Source: a virus | Virus record (IMG/VR): IMGVR_UViG_3300022752_005671 | Coordinates: 123,070-187,069 of that record | Strand: one strand, 5' to 3' | DNA: 64,000 bases | Shown here: positions 1-10,933 of the stretch, piece after piece | Layout: every line of letters begins with the position of its first letter | Numbering within the stretch: position 1 is the first letter of the stretch | The notes under the pieces: generated by a model | What the model saw: the letters and a program-made list of their open reading frames with translations, nothing else | The model's database searches: none | What the model was told of the DNA's origin: nothing | Translations under genes and position numbers: made by a program

Positions 1-1
1 A

Positions 2-2140
2 CCAACTACTGAATTTAGAAAAGCATTTGGAGCATATGATACAAGATTCTCGTCTCCAAAAACTTCTTATTTCATTTCTCAACCTTTCGGAACAACAGAA
101 TATGATTTGTTCCAAATTGAGTCTCTTGATGATGGAGCTTATGCTAATAGCCTCTATAAGGTTTCTATTTCAAATCTTAAAGTTTCTGAAAATGAAGCTT
201 ATGAATATGGAACATTCAACGTTCAAATTCGCGATTGGAACGATACCGACATCAATCCTTCTGTCATCGAAGAATTTGTAAATTGTTCATTAGATCCTGA
301 TTCAGATAACTACATCGGAAAAGTTATTGGTGATCGTAAGGTAACTTACGATTTTGATCAAGATATAGTTTCTGAAAGAAGAATTATCACGAGTGGTAAG
401 TATGATAACGTTTCAAAGTACGTTAGAGTTGTCATTTCTCAAGATGTTGAAGATAAGAAAGTTCCTGCTAAATCACTACCATTCGGATTTAGAGGTCCAG
501 AACTTTTGAAGACTAATGATGCTTTAACTGATGGAGCCACAAGCGCAAAGAGATTAGCTGGAGTGTTTAGCGTTGACGCTGTAGGAATTCTATCACAATC
601 AATTCTTCCACCGGTTCCATTTAGATTTAAGGTTACAAAAGGACCGATGACGTCTCCTGCTTGGGACGGTGATCCAGGACCTCAAGAAGTAGCTTCTCCT
701 CAATTCTATTGGGGCGTCAAATTTGAAAGAAATGATGTTCCACTTAACGTAAACCTTTCTGAAGTAAAAAATTCGCTTCTAGAGAGCTATACAAAATTTG
801 CAGGTATCAAAAAGCTTGATGTTCTTGTAACTGGATCTGGAGCAGATACATTTAACAACAACAAGTTCTCATTGTCTAAGGTTGCATTCTCTGCTGGAAC
901 GATTGCTGGATTAACAGGAACCGTTCGATCTCACATGAAAGAAGCAGCTTATATCAGAAATGCAAAAGTTGATCCAACAGCATATACGATAAATGATCCT
1001 ACTCTAGGAAACAGAATAACATTTGCATCTCTGCTATCAAACGGAGAACCTTATGAGTTCAACAAATATTCATCATTTGCTAAATTCACGACATTTATGC
1101 AAGGCGGATTTGATGGATTAAACATTCTAGACCCTGCAGCGTCAAGAATGAATGATAAGGCAACATCATTTGAAACTCCTCTTGGCGGAGCTTCATCAAC
1201 ATTTGTATCACCTGGAATGTTGACAAACCTTGCCGGCGTTGGTGTTGATAACAACGCCGTCAATTCTTACATAACTGCAGTTGATGTTATGACAGATCCT
1301 CTTCAAGTTAATGTCAACTTGTTAGCACTTCCTGGTATCCGTGAAGATTACATCACAAATTACACTGCAAAGAAAGTTCGTGATTATGGCCTTTCAATGT
1401 ACGTAATGGATCTTCCAAATTATGATGATAATGATGGTAGAATTTATGATGATTCAACAAATAGAATTAACATAGAAAACACCGCCGCGACATTTGAAGC
1501 AAGATCATTCGACAACAACTACGTTGCTGCTTACTTCCCAAATGTTTACGTAAATGATGAAACTAACAAACGTTATGTTAAAGTTCCTTCATCAGTTGCT
1601 GCTTTAGGAGCTTTAGGATTCAATGACAGAGTTGCATATCCATGGTTTGCACCAGCAGGATTTAATAGAGCAGCTCTAGATTTCGTCAACAACGTTGAAG
1701 TTAGATTGAATGTTTCTGATAGAGATAGACTTTATGATGCTAGAATCAATCCGATTGCAACATTCCCACGATTGGGATTTGTGATTTACGGACAAAAGAC
1801 TCTTCAAATAAGAAAGTCTGCTCTTGATAGAGTCAACGTTCGTAGACTTCTTCTTGAAGTTAAGAGATTAATCATTAACATTGCAAATAGAATCGTGTTT
1901 GAACAAAACACCCCCGCCGTTAGAAACAAGTTTGTTGCTGATTCAGTTCTTCAATTAGGACTTATTCAAGCGCAAGCTGGTATCGAGGCATACCAAGTTG
2001 TGATGAATGAAACAAACAATACGCAAGAAGACGTCGATCTAAACAGATTGAACGGTAGAATCGTTGTTGTTCCAACTAGAGCAATAGAATTCATTGCAAT
2101 TGACTTTATTGTCACAAATGCAGGAGTTCAGTTCGTTTGA
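2..2140 (+). CDS. Tail sheath protein 1 (5'-truncated by window edge)
   Basis: Frame is open from base 2 (PTTEFRKAF...) into the 107..2140 ORF. The C-terminus has typical sheath motifs: PWFAPAGFNR, RINPIATFP, YGQKTLQ, LDRVNVRRLL, FEQN, VVPTRAIEFIAIDF. Confidence 0.93.
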   Translation, partial: PTTEFRKAFGAYDTRFSSPKTSYFISQPFGTTEYDLFQIESLDDGAYANSLYKVSISNLKVSENEAYEYGTFNVQIRDWNDTDINPSVIEEFVNCSLDPDSDNYIGKVIGDRKVTYDFDQDIVSERRIITSGKYDNVSKYVRVVISQDVEDKKVPAKSLPFGFRGPELLKTNDALTDGATSAKRLAGVFSVDAVGILSQSILPPVPFRFKVTKGPMTSPAWDGDPGPQEVASPQFYWGVKFERNDVPLNVNLSEVKNSLLESYTKFAGIKKLDVLVTGSGADTFNNNKFSLSKVAFSAGTIAGLTGTVRSHMKEAAYIRNAKVDPTAYTINDPTLGNRITFASLLSNGEPYEFNKYSSFAKFTTFMQGGFDGLNILDPAASRMNDKATSFETPLGGASSTFVSPGMLTNLAGVGVDNNAVNSYITAVDVMTDPLQVNVNLLALPGIREDYITNYTAKKVRDYGLSMYVMDLPNYDDNDGRIYDDSTNRINIENTAATFEARSFDNNYVAAYFPNVYVNDETNKRYVKVPSSVAALGALGFNDRVAYPWFAPAGFNRAALDFVNNVEVRLNVSDRDRLYDARINPIATFPRLGFVIYGQKTLQIRKSALDRVNVRRLLLEVKRLIINIANRIVFEQNTPAVRNKFVADSVLQLGLIQAQAGIEAYQVVMNETNNTQEDVDLNRLNGRIVVVPTRAIEFIAIDFIVTNAGVQFV

Positions 2141-2163
2141 TCTAAAAATTCTTATGTAATTTG

Positions 2164-2171
2164 ATACTTAT
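2164..2171 (+). promoter_or_regulatory. Putative late-promoter element ATACTTAT
   Basis: ATANTTA motif 26 nt upstream of sheath 2; the same motif recurs before other structural genes. Confidence 0.5.
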
Positions 2172-2197
2172 CAAGCAAGTTGTAGGAGCGAAAATAA

Positions 2198-5100
2198 ATG
2201 GCACAGCTCAAATTCGGAAGCGCAGGAGTAACGACAAGAGAAATTGATTTAACAGGACCCGTTTCGGCGTCTCCTTCAGGTGTTCCTGCAGGGATAATTG
2301 GAACATCAGTTAAAGGACCGGCATTCGTTCCTTTAACATACGGTACATTGAGCGATTTCTTTGCAAAGTTTGGTGAAAGTGATTCTAAGAAATTTGGACC
2401 GATGGCGGTAGCAGAATGGATGAAGAGAGCTACTTCCGTAACTTACCTTAGAGTTTTAGGCGTAGGTGATGGAAAGAAAAGAGTAGCTAGCGGCCAATCT
2501 GCAGGTGACGTAACAAATTCTGGATTTACTGTTGGTGAACAACTTCCTTCTTCCAATGGAACGTTATCATCTAACACATATGCAAATTCTGAAGGCGTTT
2601 TAGGAAGAACATACTTCTTGGGATGCTTCATGTCAGAATCTGCAGGATCTAACGTCTTTAACGCAGCTGGATTACAAGGAACAGGAAGCGTTAATGGAAT
2701 TGGATTGAACACTGCTGTGCCAATTGTTCGAGGAATTTTAATGGCTCCATCTGGAGTTATTTTAAGATTATCAGCTTCTGCTGTAGGGTTGGATTCAAGC
2801 AAGCCTTCTTCAACTTTGGTCGGAAATGATGAATCTGCAAAAGGAACATCTTTAGGTTCTCTTGTCTTAGGATCAGGAACATCCGCAAAACAAGAATTTA
2901 CCATTTTGCTAAATGGACATAAGGGAACAGACTCTTCATATCCAAATGTTCTTACTGCTTCTTTCGATGTGACTGCAGCAAATTACATCAGCAAAGTTTT
3001 AAATACTGATCCTTATAAGATTCAACAAGCTGGTCATTATCTTGCTGCACACTGGGATATTCATCCAACTTTAGCAGTGGTAACTGGCGTAGGCGTAGTA
3101 TCTGCAGTACCAGTTAATCAAAGCGAAAGATCAGCATTCTTGTTAACTTCATCATTATCAAGAAATGTTGGATCTTCTACTGTTCCTAACTATGAAGGAT
3201 TTAGAGATAGATTCTCTAATGGTAAATCGCCTTGGGTCGTATCACAAAAGTTTGGTGGATCTCAAGTAAACTTATTCAAACTTCATTCATTGGATGCAGG
3301 AGCTGGAATCTCTAATAAGTTTAAGATTTCTATTTATAATATTGTTCCTTCATCAGATCCATTAAACAAATATGGTTCATTTAGCTTAGCTGTAAGAAGC
3401 CTAACTGACACAGACATTGATCAAAAAGTTCTTGAGCGTTGGGAAGGACTTAACCTAGATCCTTCATCTGATAGATACATCGGCAAGGTCATTGGAGACG
3501 TTAATGCTTATTATGACTTTGATAGAGATGATGCAGCTCAAAAGCTTGTCATTGAAGGAAATTATGAACTAAGATCTAGATACATTAGAGTTGAAGTATC
3601 AACCGCAGTTGCTGAACAAGCTGTTGATCCAACAGCTCTTCCAATGGGATTTAGAGGAATTTCTCACTTAGTTACGTCAGGTTCAGCTCCTCTTGCCTCA
3701 CTAGGCGGAGTAGATGCATCTGCATTATCTAATTCTACATTTACAAGAAACACCGTTGAACCTCCTCTTCCATTTAGAAATCATTTAAATGACGGAACCG
3801 GCCAACAAACTCAAGTAAATTCAAGATATCACTGGGGAGCTAAGTTTGAACACATTACAAGCTTAACAGAACAAAACAGTTCAGTTCTTCAAGATAAGTC
3901 TTTCAACAGCTTTACGAAACATTTCCCAGGACATTCAACATCTAATGTCAATTTTGTGGTTGGTGATAATTCTGGTGTAGCTGATACAGCACAAAATGGT
4001 ATCATTGATGCAGACAGGTTCTGCGGCAATTTATTCACATTAGAAAACATCAAGATCACGACTGGATCCAACGGAACAGTCGCTCAAAATGATGATTGGA
4101 AATATGCATCTTATGTCAGAAATGGTAACATAGTTGCAGATGACGTAGCAAAGACTCGTGCTGTTCAAGTCAGTGATCTTTCTAATTCTCAAAATCGTAA
4201 ATTCCTTAAGTTCTCATTCATTATGCAAGGCGGATTTGATGGTGTTAACATTTTTGATAAGGATGAATCAGAGATTAATAACGCAGCAGTAGTTGCGGAT
4301 ATGGATGATGCTAACAGAGGAAGATCATCAGGTCCAAACGTATCTGCATACGTCAAGGCTCTTGAAGTGATGAAGAACACAACCAATGTTGACATCCAAC
4401 TCTTAGCAATTCCAGGAATTCGTGCACCAATTGTTACAGATGAAGCAATAAGAGCAACAGAAGAACGTTTCGATGCACTTTATATCATGGACATTGAACA
4501 AGTTGACAAGGATGGAAATCTTATCAATATCACTTCAAACGTCAAGCCATCCGTCACGGAGACAGTTGCACAACACAAGGCAAGAAACCTTAATACATCA
4601 TTTGCTGCATCTTACTTCCCAGACGTATTAATTAAGGATCCTTCACTTCAAACTAACTCAGTCATTGTTCCACCATCCGTCGTCGTGATGGGAGCATTGG
4701 CATTGAATGACGCCTTAGGATATCCATGGTTTGCACCAGCAGGATTAACAAGAGGAGAACTTCCATCAACGTTAGAGACAAGCATTCAGCTTAAGGATGC
4801 AGATCTTGATTCTCTATATGATGAAGACATCAACCCTCTATATGCTCCTGCAACTGCAACCCGCGGAGGAACAAATCCAAAGGGAGGAGTTGTTGTGTGG
4901 GGACAGAAGACGATGCTTCAATCAGCATCTGCGCTTGATAGAATCAACGTAAGACGTCTTCTCATTGATATTCGCCGTCAAGTTCGTGAGATTGCTCAAA
5001 CAATCATCTTCGAACCAAACCGCGAGGCAACTCTTGCAAGATTCACCGCAGCAGTCACTCCAAGACTTCAAAGAATTCAAGCTCTTGCTGGACTTGAGAG

Positions 5101-5251
5101 ATTCCGCGTTATCATCGACTCTTCTACGACAACGCAACAAGACGTCGAGAATAACACAGTTCGTGGTAAGATCTTCTTACAACCCACCAAGACGATTGAG
5201 TTCGTTTCATTGGACTTCGTTGTGGCCAACAACCTTCAACAAGTACAATGA
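2198..5251 (+). CDS. Tail sheath protein 2
   Basis: N-terminal SAGVTTREID..GPAFVP; C-terminal PWFAPAGLTRG, WGQKT, LDRINVRRLL, FEPN, PTKTIEFVSLDF. AGGAG RBS upstream. Confidence 0.95.
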   Translation: MAQLKFGSAGVTTREIDLTGPVSASPSGVPAGIIGTSVKGPAFVPLTYGTLSDFFAKFGESDSKKFGPMAVAEWMKRATSVTYLRVLGVGDGKKRVASGQSAGDVTNSGFTVGEQLPSSNGTLSSNTYANSEGVLGRTYFLGCFMSESAGSNVFNAAGLQGTGSVNGIGLNTAVPIVRGILMAPSGVILRLSASAVGLDSSKPSSTLVGNDESAKGTSLGSLVLGSGTSAKQEFTILLNGHKGTDSSYPNVLTASFDVTAANYISKVLNTDPYKIQQAGHYLAAHWDIHPTLAVVTGVGVVSAVPVNQSERSAFLLTSSLSRNVGSSTVPNYEGFRDRFSNGKSPWVVSQKFGGSQVNLFKLHSLDAGAGISNKFKISIYNIVPSSDPLNKYGSFSLAVRSLTDTDIDQKVLERWEGLNLDPSSDRYIGKVIGDVNAYYDFDRDDAAQKLVIEGNYELRSRYIRVEVSTAVAEQAVDPTALPMGFRGISHLVTSGSAPLASLGGVDASALSNSTFTRNTVEPPLPFRNHLNDGTGQQTQVNSRYHWGAKFEHITSLTEQNSSVLQDKSFNSFTKHFPGHSTSNVNFVVGDNSGVADTAQNGIIDADRFCGNLFTLENIKITTGSNGTVAQNDDWKYASYVRNGNIVADDVAKTRAVQVSDLSNSQNRKFLKFSFIMQGGFDGVNIFDKDESEINNAAVVADMDDANRGRSSGPNVSAYVKALEVMKNTTNVDIQLLAIPGIRAPIVTDEAIRATEERFDALYIMDIEQVDKDGNLINITSNVKPSVTETVAQHKARNLNTSFAASYFPDVLIKDPSLQTNSVIVPPSVVVMGALALNDALGYPWFAPAGLTRGELPSTLETSIQLKDADLDSLYDEDINPLYAPATATRGGTNPKGGVVVWGQKTMLQSASALDRINVRRLLIDIRRQVREIAQTIIFEPNREATLARFTAAVTPRLQRIQALAGLERFRVIIDSSTTTQQDVENNTVRGKIFLQPTKTIEFVSLDFVVANNLQQVQ

Positions 5252-5305
5252 AAATAATTGATAAAAATGTTTGATATATTCAAGCATTTTAATATCAAAT
5301 AATTT

Positions 5306-5337
5306 TTAAGGGCTTCTTATGAGGCCCTTAATTTTTT
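5306..5337 (+). terminator. Rho-independent terminator
   Basis: TTAAGGGCTTC-TTAT-GAGGCCCTTAA stem followed by a T6 run, after sheath 2. Confidence 0.75.
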
Positions 5338-5373
5338 GTTTTGAAATCTTGGTTATATAGATTAAAAAGCAAC

Positions 5374-5381
5374 ATAGTTAT
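5374..5381 (+). promoter_or_regulatory. Putative late-promoter element ATAGTTAT
   Basis: ATANTTA motif 22 nt upstream of sheath 3, just after a terminator. Confidence 0.5.
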
Positions 5382-5403
5382 GAACCAAGAGAAGTTTATT
5401 TAA

Positions 5404-8400
5404 ATGTCGCAAGTCAAGTATAATAGCCCAGGAGTTACTGTTAATGATGCCGGAGTAATTCCTAGATTAAATAGAAATATAATTTCAACTCCTACTGTTA
5501 TTGTAGGGACTTCTCATATGGGTCCTGCATACGTTCCTGAAGGATTTTCTAAAACCGTTGAATTTCAAGATCTGTTCGGGATTCCTAATATTTCTGGGTC
5601 TATAGTTTCTTCTGATAAACGTTTTACTGATTATGGAGCGTTGGCTGTTCAAGAATGTATAAACAATGGATCTTCTGCAACATTTATTAGAGTTTTAGGA
5701 GCAGGTAATTGTAAAAAAAGAATTGAAACAGGGACGACTGCAGGAGATGTAGTAAACGCTGGATTTACTGTTGGAGAAGAACAACCAGATCAAGCAAACT
5801 TTTCTGGATCTCTTAGTAAAAATCCATACGCAAATGAAGGTGGCGTTTTAGGAAGAACATACTTCTTAGGCTGTTTCATGTCTGAATCAGCAGGTTCGAA
5901 CGTTTTTAATGCCGCGGGCCTACAAGGAACAGGAAGCGTTAACGGCATAGGGATTAATACTTCAGTTCCGATTATTAGAGGTATTTTAATGGCTCCATCA
6001 GGAGTTATTTTAAGGTTATCTTCATCTGCGGTTGCATATGATTCTTCAGGACCTTCTTCTACACAAATCGCTTCTGAAACTTCAGCAAAAGGAACTACAA
6101 TAGGTTCTATCGATCTACTTTCAGCCGGCGACAAATCTCAACAATTTATTATGTTGTTAAACGGCCACAAAGGTTCTGATGATTATCCGAATGTTATAAC
6201 TGCATCTCTAGATATGCAATCTCCATTTTATATAACTAGAGTTTTTAACATGACTGCTTCTTTGATACAAAGGGCAGGACATTATTTAGCTTCTCATTGG
6301 GATATACATCCAGCAGTCGCTACGTTAACAGGGGTCGGTGTAGTGAGCTCCGGCGCAGGAGCGCCGAGCGATTCTTCAAGGGTATTTTCAACTGAAAGAT
6401 CTGTATTTTTATTAACGTCTTCTTTACAGAGAGACGTTGGGTCTTCTACTGTTCCAAATTTTGAAGGATTTAGAGATAGATTTTCTCATGCATCAACTCC
6501 ATGGATTATTTCTCAAAAAATTCATGGAAAGTACGTTAATTTATTTAAATTACATTCATTACATGATGGAGAACAACACAAAAATTATAAGATTGTAATT
6601 CATGATATAACCCCACCATCAGATGAAAAATCTTCAAGATTTGGGACTTTTAGTATTTCTATCAGAGATATTAATGATTTTGATGAAACTTCAAAATCAT
6701 TGCAAACATTTGCTAACGTAGACTTAAACCCATCTTCAGATATGTTTATTTCAAAAGTGATAGGAGATATTAACAAATATTTTGATTTTGACAGACCAGA
6801 TGATGATCAAAGACTGGTCGTAGAAGGAAATTATCCAAATAATTCCGTATATGTTAGGGTTGAAGTATCTGATGAAGTATTAAACAATAAAATTAGTAAT
6901 AATACTCTTCCGATGGGATTTAGAGGGATATCTCACATTGTAACGTCAGGTTCATCAGTATTGGCACCACTAGGAGGCCAAGATTCTTCAGCTTTATTAA
7001 ATTCTTATTTTTTACGAAATTTAGTAACCCCTCCTTTGCCTCTCTGTAATAATATTTTTGTTGTTAACAATTCAAAAAAAGAACCTTCGTCTAACAGAAG
7101 GTGGGGAATAAAGTTCGATCATATAATCAATCAAGAGAAACAAAATAATTTTAAGCATATTGATGAATCAATTCTTAGTTTTATAAAACATTATCCATCT
7201 CATTCTACGGTGAACGTTAATTTTTCAGTTTCTAATAACCATGGGACTTCTGATACGCCTCAGCTTGGAATAATAGATGCTGATAGATTTTGTAACAATC
7301 TTTTTACTCTAGAAAATATAAAAGTTTTGACAGGATCGATTAACGATTCCAATAACACGATAACAGATAATTGGCAATACGCGAGTTATGTTAGAGACGG
7401 TAACATATCAATTAATGACAGCGAGAAGACTAGAAGAGTCAGTGTAGATGATTTAAAAAATCCAATCAATAGAACATTTTTATCATTTCAAACGATGTTA
7501 TGCGGCGGTTTTGATGGAACAAATATCTTTGATTTAAATGAATCTAATTTCACGAATTTAGCAGTAATTGCAGATATGAATGATCAAAAAAGAGGAAAGC
7601 AATCCGCTTCAACAACGGCTGCTTACTTAAAAGTTTTAGAAATGCTAAGAAGTCCTACAGTGACTGACATGCAAATCTTAGCAATACCCGGAATACGATC
7701 TCCTGCAGTTACGGATGAAGCCATTGACGTTGCAGAAAGCAGAATGGACTGTTTGTACATATTGGACATCGAACAAATTGGTAAAAATGATGAACAAGTG
7801 CAAATTTCTGAAATCATTGCATACGATGAACAGTTTAAACCAGACTTACAAAAAACGATTAGAAATTTTGATGATAGAGCATTAAATACTTCTTATGCAG
7901 CAGGATATTATCCAGATGTTGAATTAGAAATTGATGCACCGACATATAAAATTAATTCAATTATCGTACCTCCCTCAGTCGCAGTTGTAGGAGGATTAGC
8001 GGCAAATGATTCTTTAGGAAATGTATGGTTTTCTCCATCTGGAAACTCTAGAGGATCTTTAAGAAAAGTTATCTCGACAACAGTTTCTTTAAGTAAATCA
8101 GATATAGATTCTTTGTATAAAAGCAACATTAACTTTTTATACGCTCCTTCTAACGTCGGAGGTCAAGGAACTGGAGTTATTATAGGAGGACAAAAAACAT
8201 TAAATAGATCAAGTTCTTCTTTGTCTAGAGTTAACGTAAGAAGATTATTAATTGATATCAGGAGCCGTGTAAGAAACGTTGCTTTGAACATATTGTTTGA
8301 TTCAGATAGAGAAACAGCGACAGCTAGATTCATATCAGACGTTTCAGTAATTCTTCAACGAATATCTTCTGCATCTGGATTAGATGATTTTAAAGTAGAG

Positions 8401-8529
8401 GTTGATTCTTCTCAAAATGACATTGATAATCAAACTTTTAAAGGTAGAATCTACATTAGACCAAAAAAATCTATTGATTATCTGTCATTAGATTTTATAG
8501 TGTCAAATAACCTGCAATCAGAAATTTAA
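5404..8529 (+). CDS. Tail sheath protein 3 (divergent paralog of sheath 2)
   Basis: Collinear with sheath 2, with an identical block GVLGRTYFLGCFMSESAGSNVFNAAGLQGTGSVNGIG. C-terminal WFSPSGNSRG, GGQKTL, LSRVNVRRLL. Confidence 0.92.
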   Translation: MSQVKYNSPGVTVNDAGVIPRLNRNIISTPTVIVGTSHMGPAYVPEGFSKTVEFQDLFGIPNISGSIVSSDKRFTDYGALAVQECINNGSSATFIRVLGAGNCKKRIETGTTAGDVVNAGFTVGEEQPDQANFSGSLSKNPYANEGGVLGRTYFLGCFMSESAGSNVFNAAGLQGTGSVNGIGINTSVPIIRGILMAPSGVILRLSSSAVAYDSSGPSSTQIASETSAKGTTIGSIDLLSAGDKSQQFIMLLNGHKGSDDYPNVITASLDMQSPFYITRVFNMTASLIQRAGHYLASHWDIHPAVATLTGVGVVSSGAGAPSDSSRVFSTERSVFLLTSSLQRDVGSSTVPNFEGFRDRFSHASTPWIISQKIHGKYVNLFKLHSLHDGEQHKNYKIVIHDITPPSDEKSSRFGTFSISIRDINDFDETSKSLQTFANVDLNPSSDMFISKVIGDINKYFDFDRPDDDQRLVVEGNYPNNSVYVRVEVSDEVLNNKISNNTLPMGFRGISHIVTSGSSVLAPLGGQDSSALLNSYFLRNLVTPPLPLCNNIFVVNNSKKEPSSNRRWGIKFDHIINQEKQNNFKHIDESILSFIKHYPSHSTVNVNFSVSNNHGTSDTPQLGIIDADRFCNNLFTLENIKVLTGSINDSNNTITDNWQYASYVRDGNISINDSEKTRRVSVDDLKNPINRTFLSFQTMLCGGFDGTNIFDLNESNFTNLAVIADMNDQKRGKQSASTTAAYLKVLEMLRSPTVTDMQILAIPGIRSPAVTDEAIDVAESRMDCLYILDIEQIGKNDEQVQISEIIAYDEQFKPDLQKTIRNFDDRALNTSYAAGYYPDVELEIDAPTYKINSIIVPPSVAVVGGLAANDSLGNVWFSPSGNSRGSLRKVISTTVSLSKSDIDSLYKSNINFLYAPSNVGGQGTGVIIGGQKTLNRSSSSLSRVNVRRLLIDIRSRVRNVALNILFDSDRETATARFISDVSVILQRISSASGLDDFKVEVDSSQNDIDNQTFKGRIYIRPKKSIDYLSLDFIVSNNLQSEI

Positions 8530-10184
8530 ATATCTAATTCAAAAACTAGGTTTCCGCAGCCCCAAATTTTTACAACCCCAGCTGCATCTGCGATTTGAGC
8601 TTCAGTCAATCCTTCTGAAGAGTCTGCCTTAAATTTAAATCGGTTGTATCTATTTTCAAAATCCGTCCACCAGAATCGAGGAGGAGTGACTGAAATTTCT
8701 TTAAATCCGGCATATTTATATCCTTCCCCTGCTCCTCCCCATCGTTTATCAACGTATGTTACAATTTTTTTGTGACCTTTTTGCTTGGACCAAGATTTAG
8801 CGTGGTTTATTAATTTTGTTAATCCGCCTGGAACGTTATAGTTCAATTTTGGACAACACCTTGCAATTTCAATACCTTCATATTTTTTATGAAACGGACG
8901 CCTTACTGAAATTGCATACACAATTTCTCCTGAATAATCAATTAATCCCCAAGCAGTAATTGAAGGAACATCTCCATCAGCATGGTTTTCTTCAAAAAAA
9001 GATTTTCTTTCTTTTCTTGATAATTCTCGAACATCACATTTTCTTGCGTATTCTTTTTTAAAAGAAATTCCTAATCTTGAAAGAATCATCGATTTTATGA
9101 CGTTTTGTTTATCTCTCCATTCGTCCTCAAAAACGTGAACCAACTTTATTCCTGCAGCTTCTGAACTTAAAGTTTTATTGTTGTGATATCCTTGAGTTTT
9201 ATTGACATGGCTGTGCCAATACAACCCGTTGTATTCTACAGCAAACTTTTTATCTTCAACTACAATATCAAGTTCTAATCCTCCCAGCGTTTTTCTTACA
9301 TTTCTTACTACATTAAACCCTAATGATTCTATCCACCGTGCAACCTCTTCTTGGGCTGCAGATCCTCCTGGAGAACAATGATAACAGTGACCGCGTTGAA
9401 GACTACGCAACGAACCTTGGAATTGTTTACTGCATTTATTACATTCAACAACGATGATTTTTTGTGCGTCATTGATGTAATTCTCAAGACCGCTAACGAT
9501 TTTAAGTTGACCTGTATTTTCTATTCTACACCTTATTTCTTCATGACTTAATCTCTTTAGATGATCCAACCTATCCCTGATTTGTTTCTGTTTCATCTTC
9601 AATGAAACTTTTTGCGATAACAATTGGATTCTATCATCTGTGTCTTTGCTAAGTCCTTTGGCCCAAGGAATGATTTCGCCGGATGCAAATTTATTCTTCA
9701 AGTTTTCTTTCACGGAAGCCATCCTAGGATCGGATTCAGCAGTTAATCCTTTATTCCAAGATTGAATTTTTCCTTCGTCAAAACTAGTTTTTCTTCCAAT
9801 CGACGTTTTGATTGCTCTGTTTTCAATTCTTCGATCGGAATTTTTTGTTAATCCTCTCGCCCAACCTGGTTTTCCCTTTAATGACTCTGATCTTTTCTTT
9901 GCAGTTTCTGATGCCCTAATAGGATCCATAACTTTATAAATCGACCCGTTGTGTCCGTTGATAACTTGAGAGTATCCTTTCCACCATCCAATCCATTTTG
10001 TTTGTTTCCCACATCCACATAGACACATTCTAGGACCTTCATTTAATTGATCCCATAATTCCTGTGTTGTAATTTTATGAATTACTTTAAGATGATCCTC
10101 AAATGACGTGAGCCTCTTCGATTCAAAATTGTCACACAACGGACACTTTACGATCCTCAAATTTGTTTTTTTATCAACAGCCAT
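8526..10184 (-). mobile_element. Free-standing homing endonuclease (Vsr/DUF559-like nuclease domain, NUMOD3-like repeats, Hef-like C-terminus)
   Basis: N-terminal CxxC..H..H and CLCGCG; WNKGLT/WAKGLS repeats; ELDIVVEDKKFAVEYNGLYWHS nuclease motif; C-terminal IVTYVDKRW..G..Y...GF. Inserted antisense between sheath and tube. Confidence 0.8.
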
Positions 10185-10268
10185 GCGTTCTTGAGCTTCC
10201 CTGCTACCCTAATATATCTACAAGTGGGAAAAAACTTTAGAAAAAATAGCATCAGTTTTCTTATAAGA

Positions 10269-10276
10269 ATATTTAT
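10269..10276 (+). promoter_or_regulatory. Putative late-promoter element ATATTTAT
   Basis: ATANTTA motif 30 nt upstream of the tail tube gene. Confidence 0.5.
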
Positions 10277-10306
10277 CAATACTCATCCTCATAGGAGATA
10301 ATCACA

Positions 10307-10795
10307 ATGGCTGAGACATTAGACGTTACATCAATGATTCCAAATAAATTCGAGCCAAAGCGTAAGAACCGTTGGGTTCTCATGATCGAAGGCATCGATG
10401 CTTACATCATCAAGACAGCAGCTCGTCCTCAAGTTACGACCGAAGAAGTTGTAATTCCTTTCATCAATTCAACTCGTTATCTCGCTGGCAAGACAACCTT
10501 CAGCGAAATGAGCGTGACGCTTCATGATCCAATCGCTCCATCCGGTGCGCAACAGGTCATGGAGTGGATTCGTCTCCACTTTGAATCAGTTTCTGGTCGT
10601 TCAGGTTATGCAGATTTCTATAAGCGCGACATCCAACTTAAGATGCTTGATCCAGTAGGAACTGTTGTCGAATTATGGGACATCAAGGGTGCATTTATCA
10701 AAGATGCAAACTTCAACGAAGTTACATACGAAGATGGAAATCCAGTTGAAATTACTCTATCTCTTCGTTATGATAACTGCGTTTTGCAATACTGA
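10307..10795 (+). CDS. Tail tube protein (T4 gp19-like)
   Basis: 162 aa; FEPKRKNRW, YLAGKTTF..MSVTLHDPI, WDIKGAF, ITLSLRYD; follows the sheath genes; AGGAG RBS. Confidence 0.93.
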   Translation: MAETLDVTSMIPNKFEPKRKNRWVLMIEGIDAYIIKTAARPQVTTEEVVIPFINSTRYLAGKTTFSEMSVTLHDPIAPSGAQQVMEWIRLHFESVSGRSGYADFYKRDIQLKMLDPVGTVVELWDIKGAFIKDANFNEVTYEDGNPVEITLSLRYDNCVLQY

Positions 10796-10817
10796 TTTAT
10801 TCAAATTCAAAACCCAG

Positions 10818-10848
10818 AAGGCTTGCAATTTTGTTGCAGGCCTTTTTT
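10818..10848 (+). terminator. Rho-independent terminator
   Basis: AAGGCTTGCAA-TTTTG-TTGCAGGCCTT stem running into a T tract after the tube gene. Confidence 0.8.
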
Positions 10849-10933
10849 ATTTATAACTTTATGTTTTCTAACATAAAAAGGTTTACTTTTTTGTGCAATG
10901 ATTACATAATGTAAGCAGATCATTAGGAGATTT

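Noticed and set aside
27-281. Short overlapping and antisense ORFs in the track (e.g. 27..281, 2443..2904, 4922..5140, 4965..5261, 12686..12982, 34808..35116)
   Set aside because: They lie wholly within well-supported genes in other frames and have no recognisable motifs; treated as shadow ORFs.
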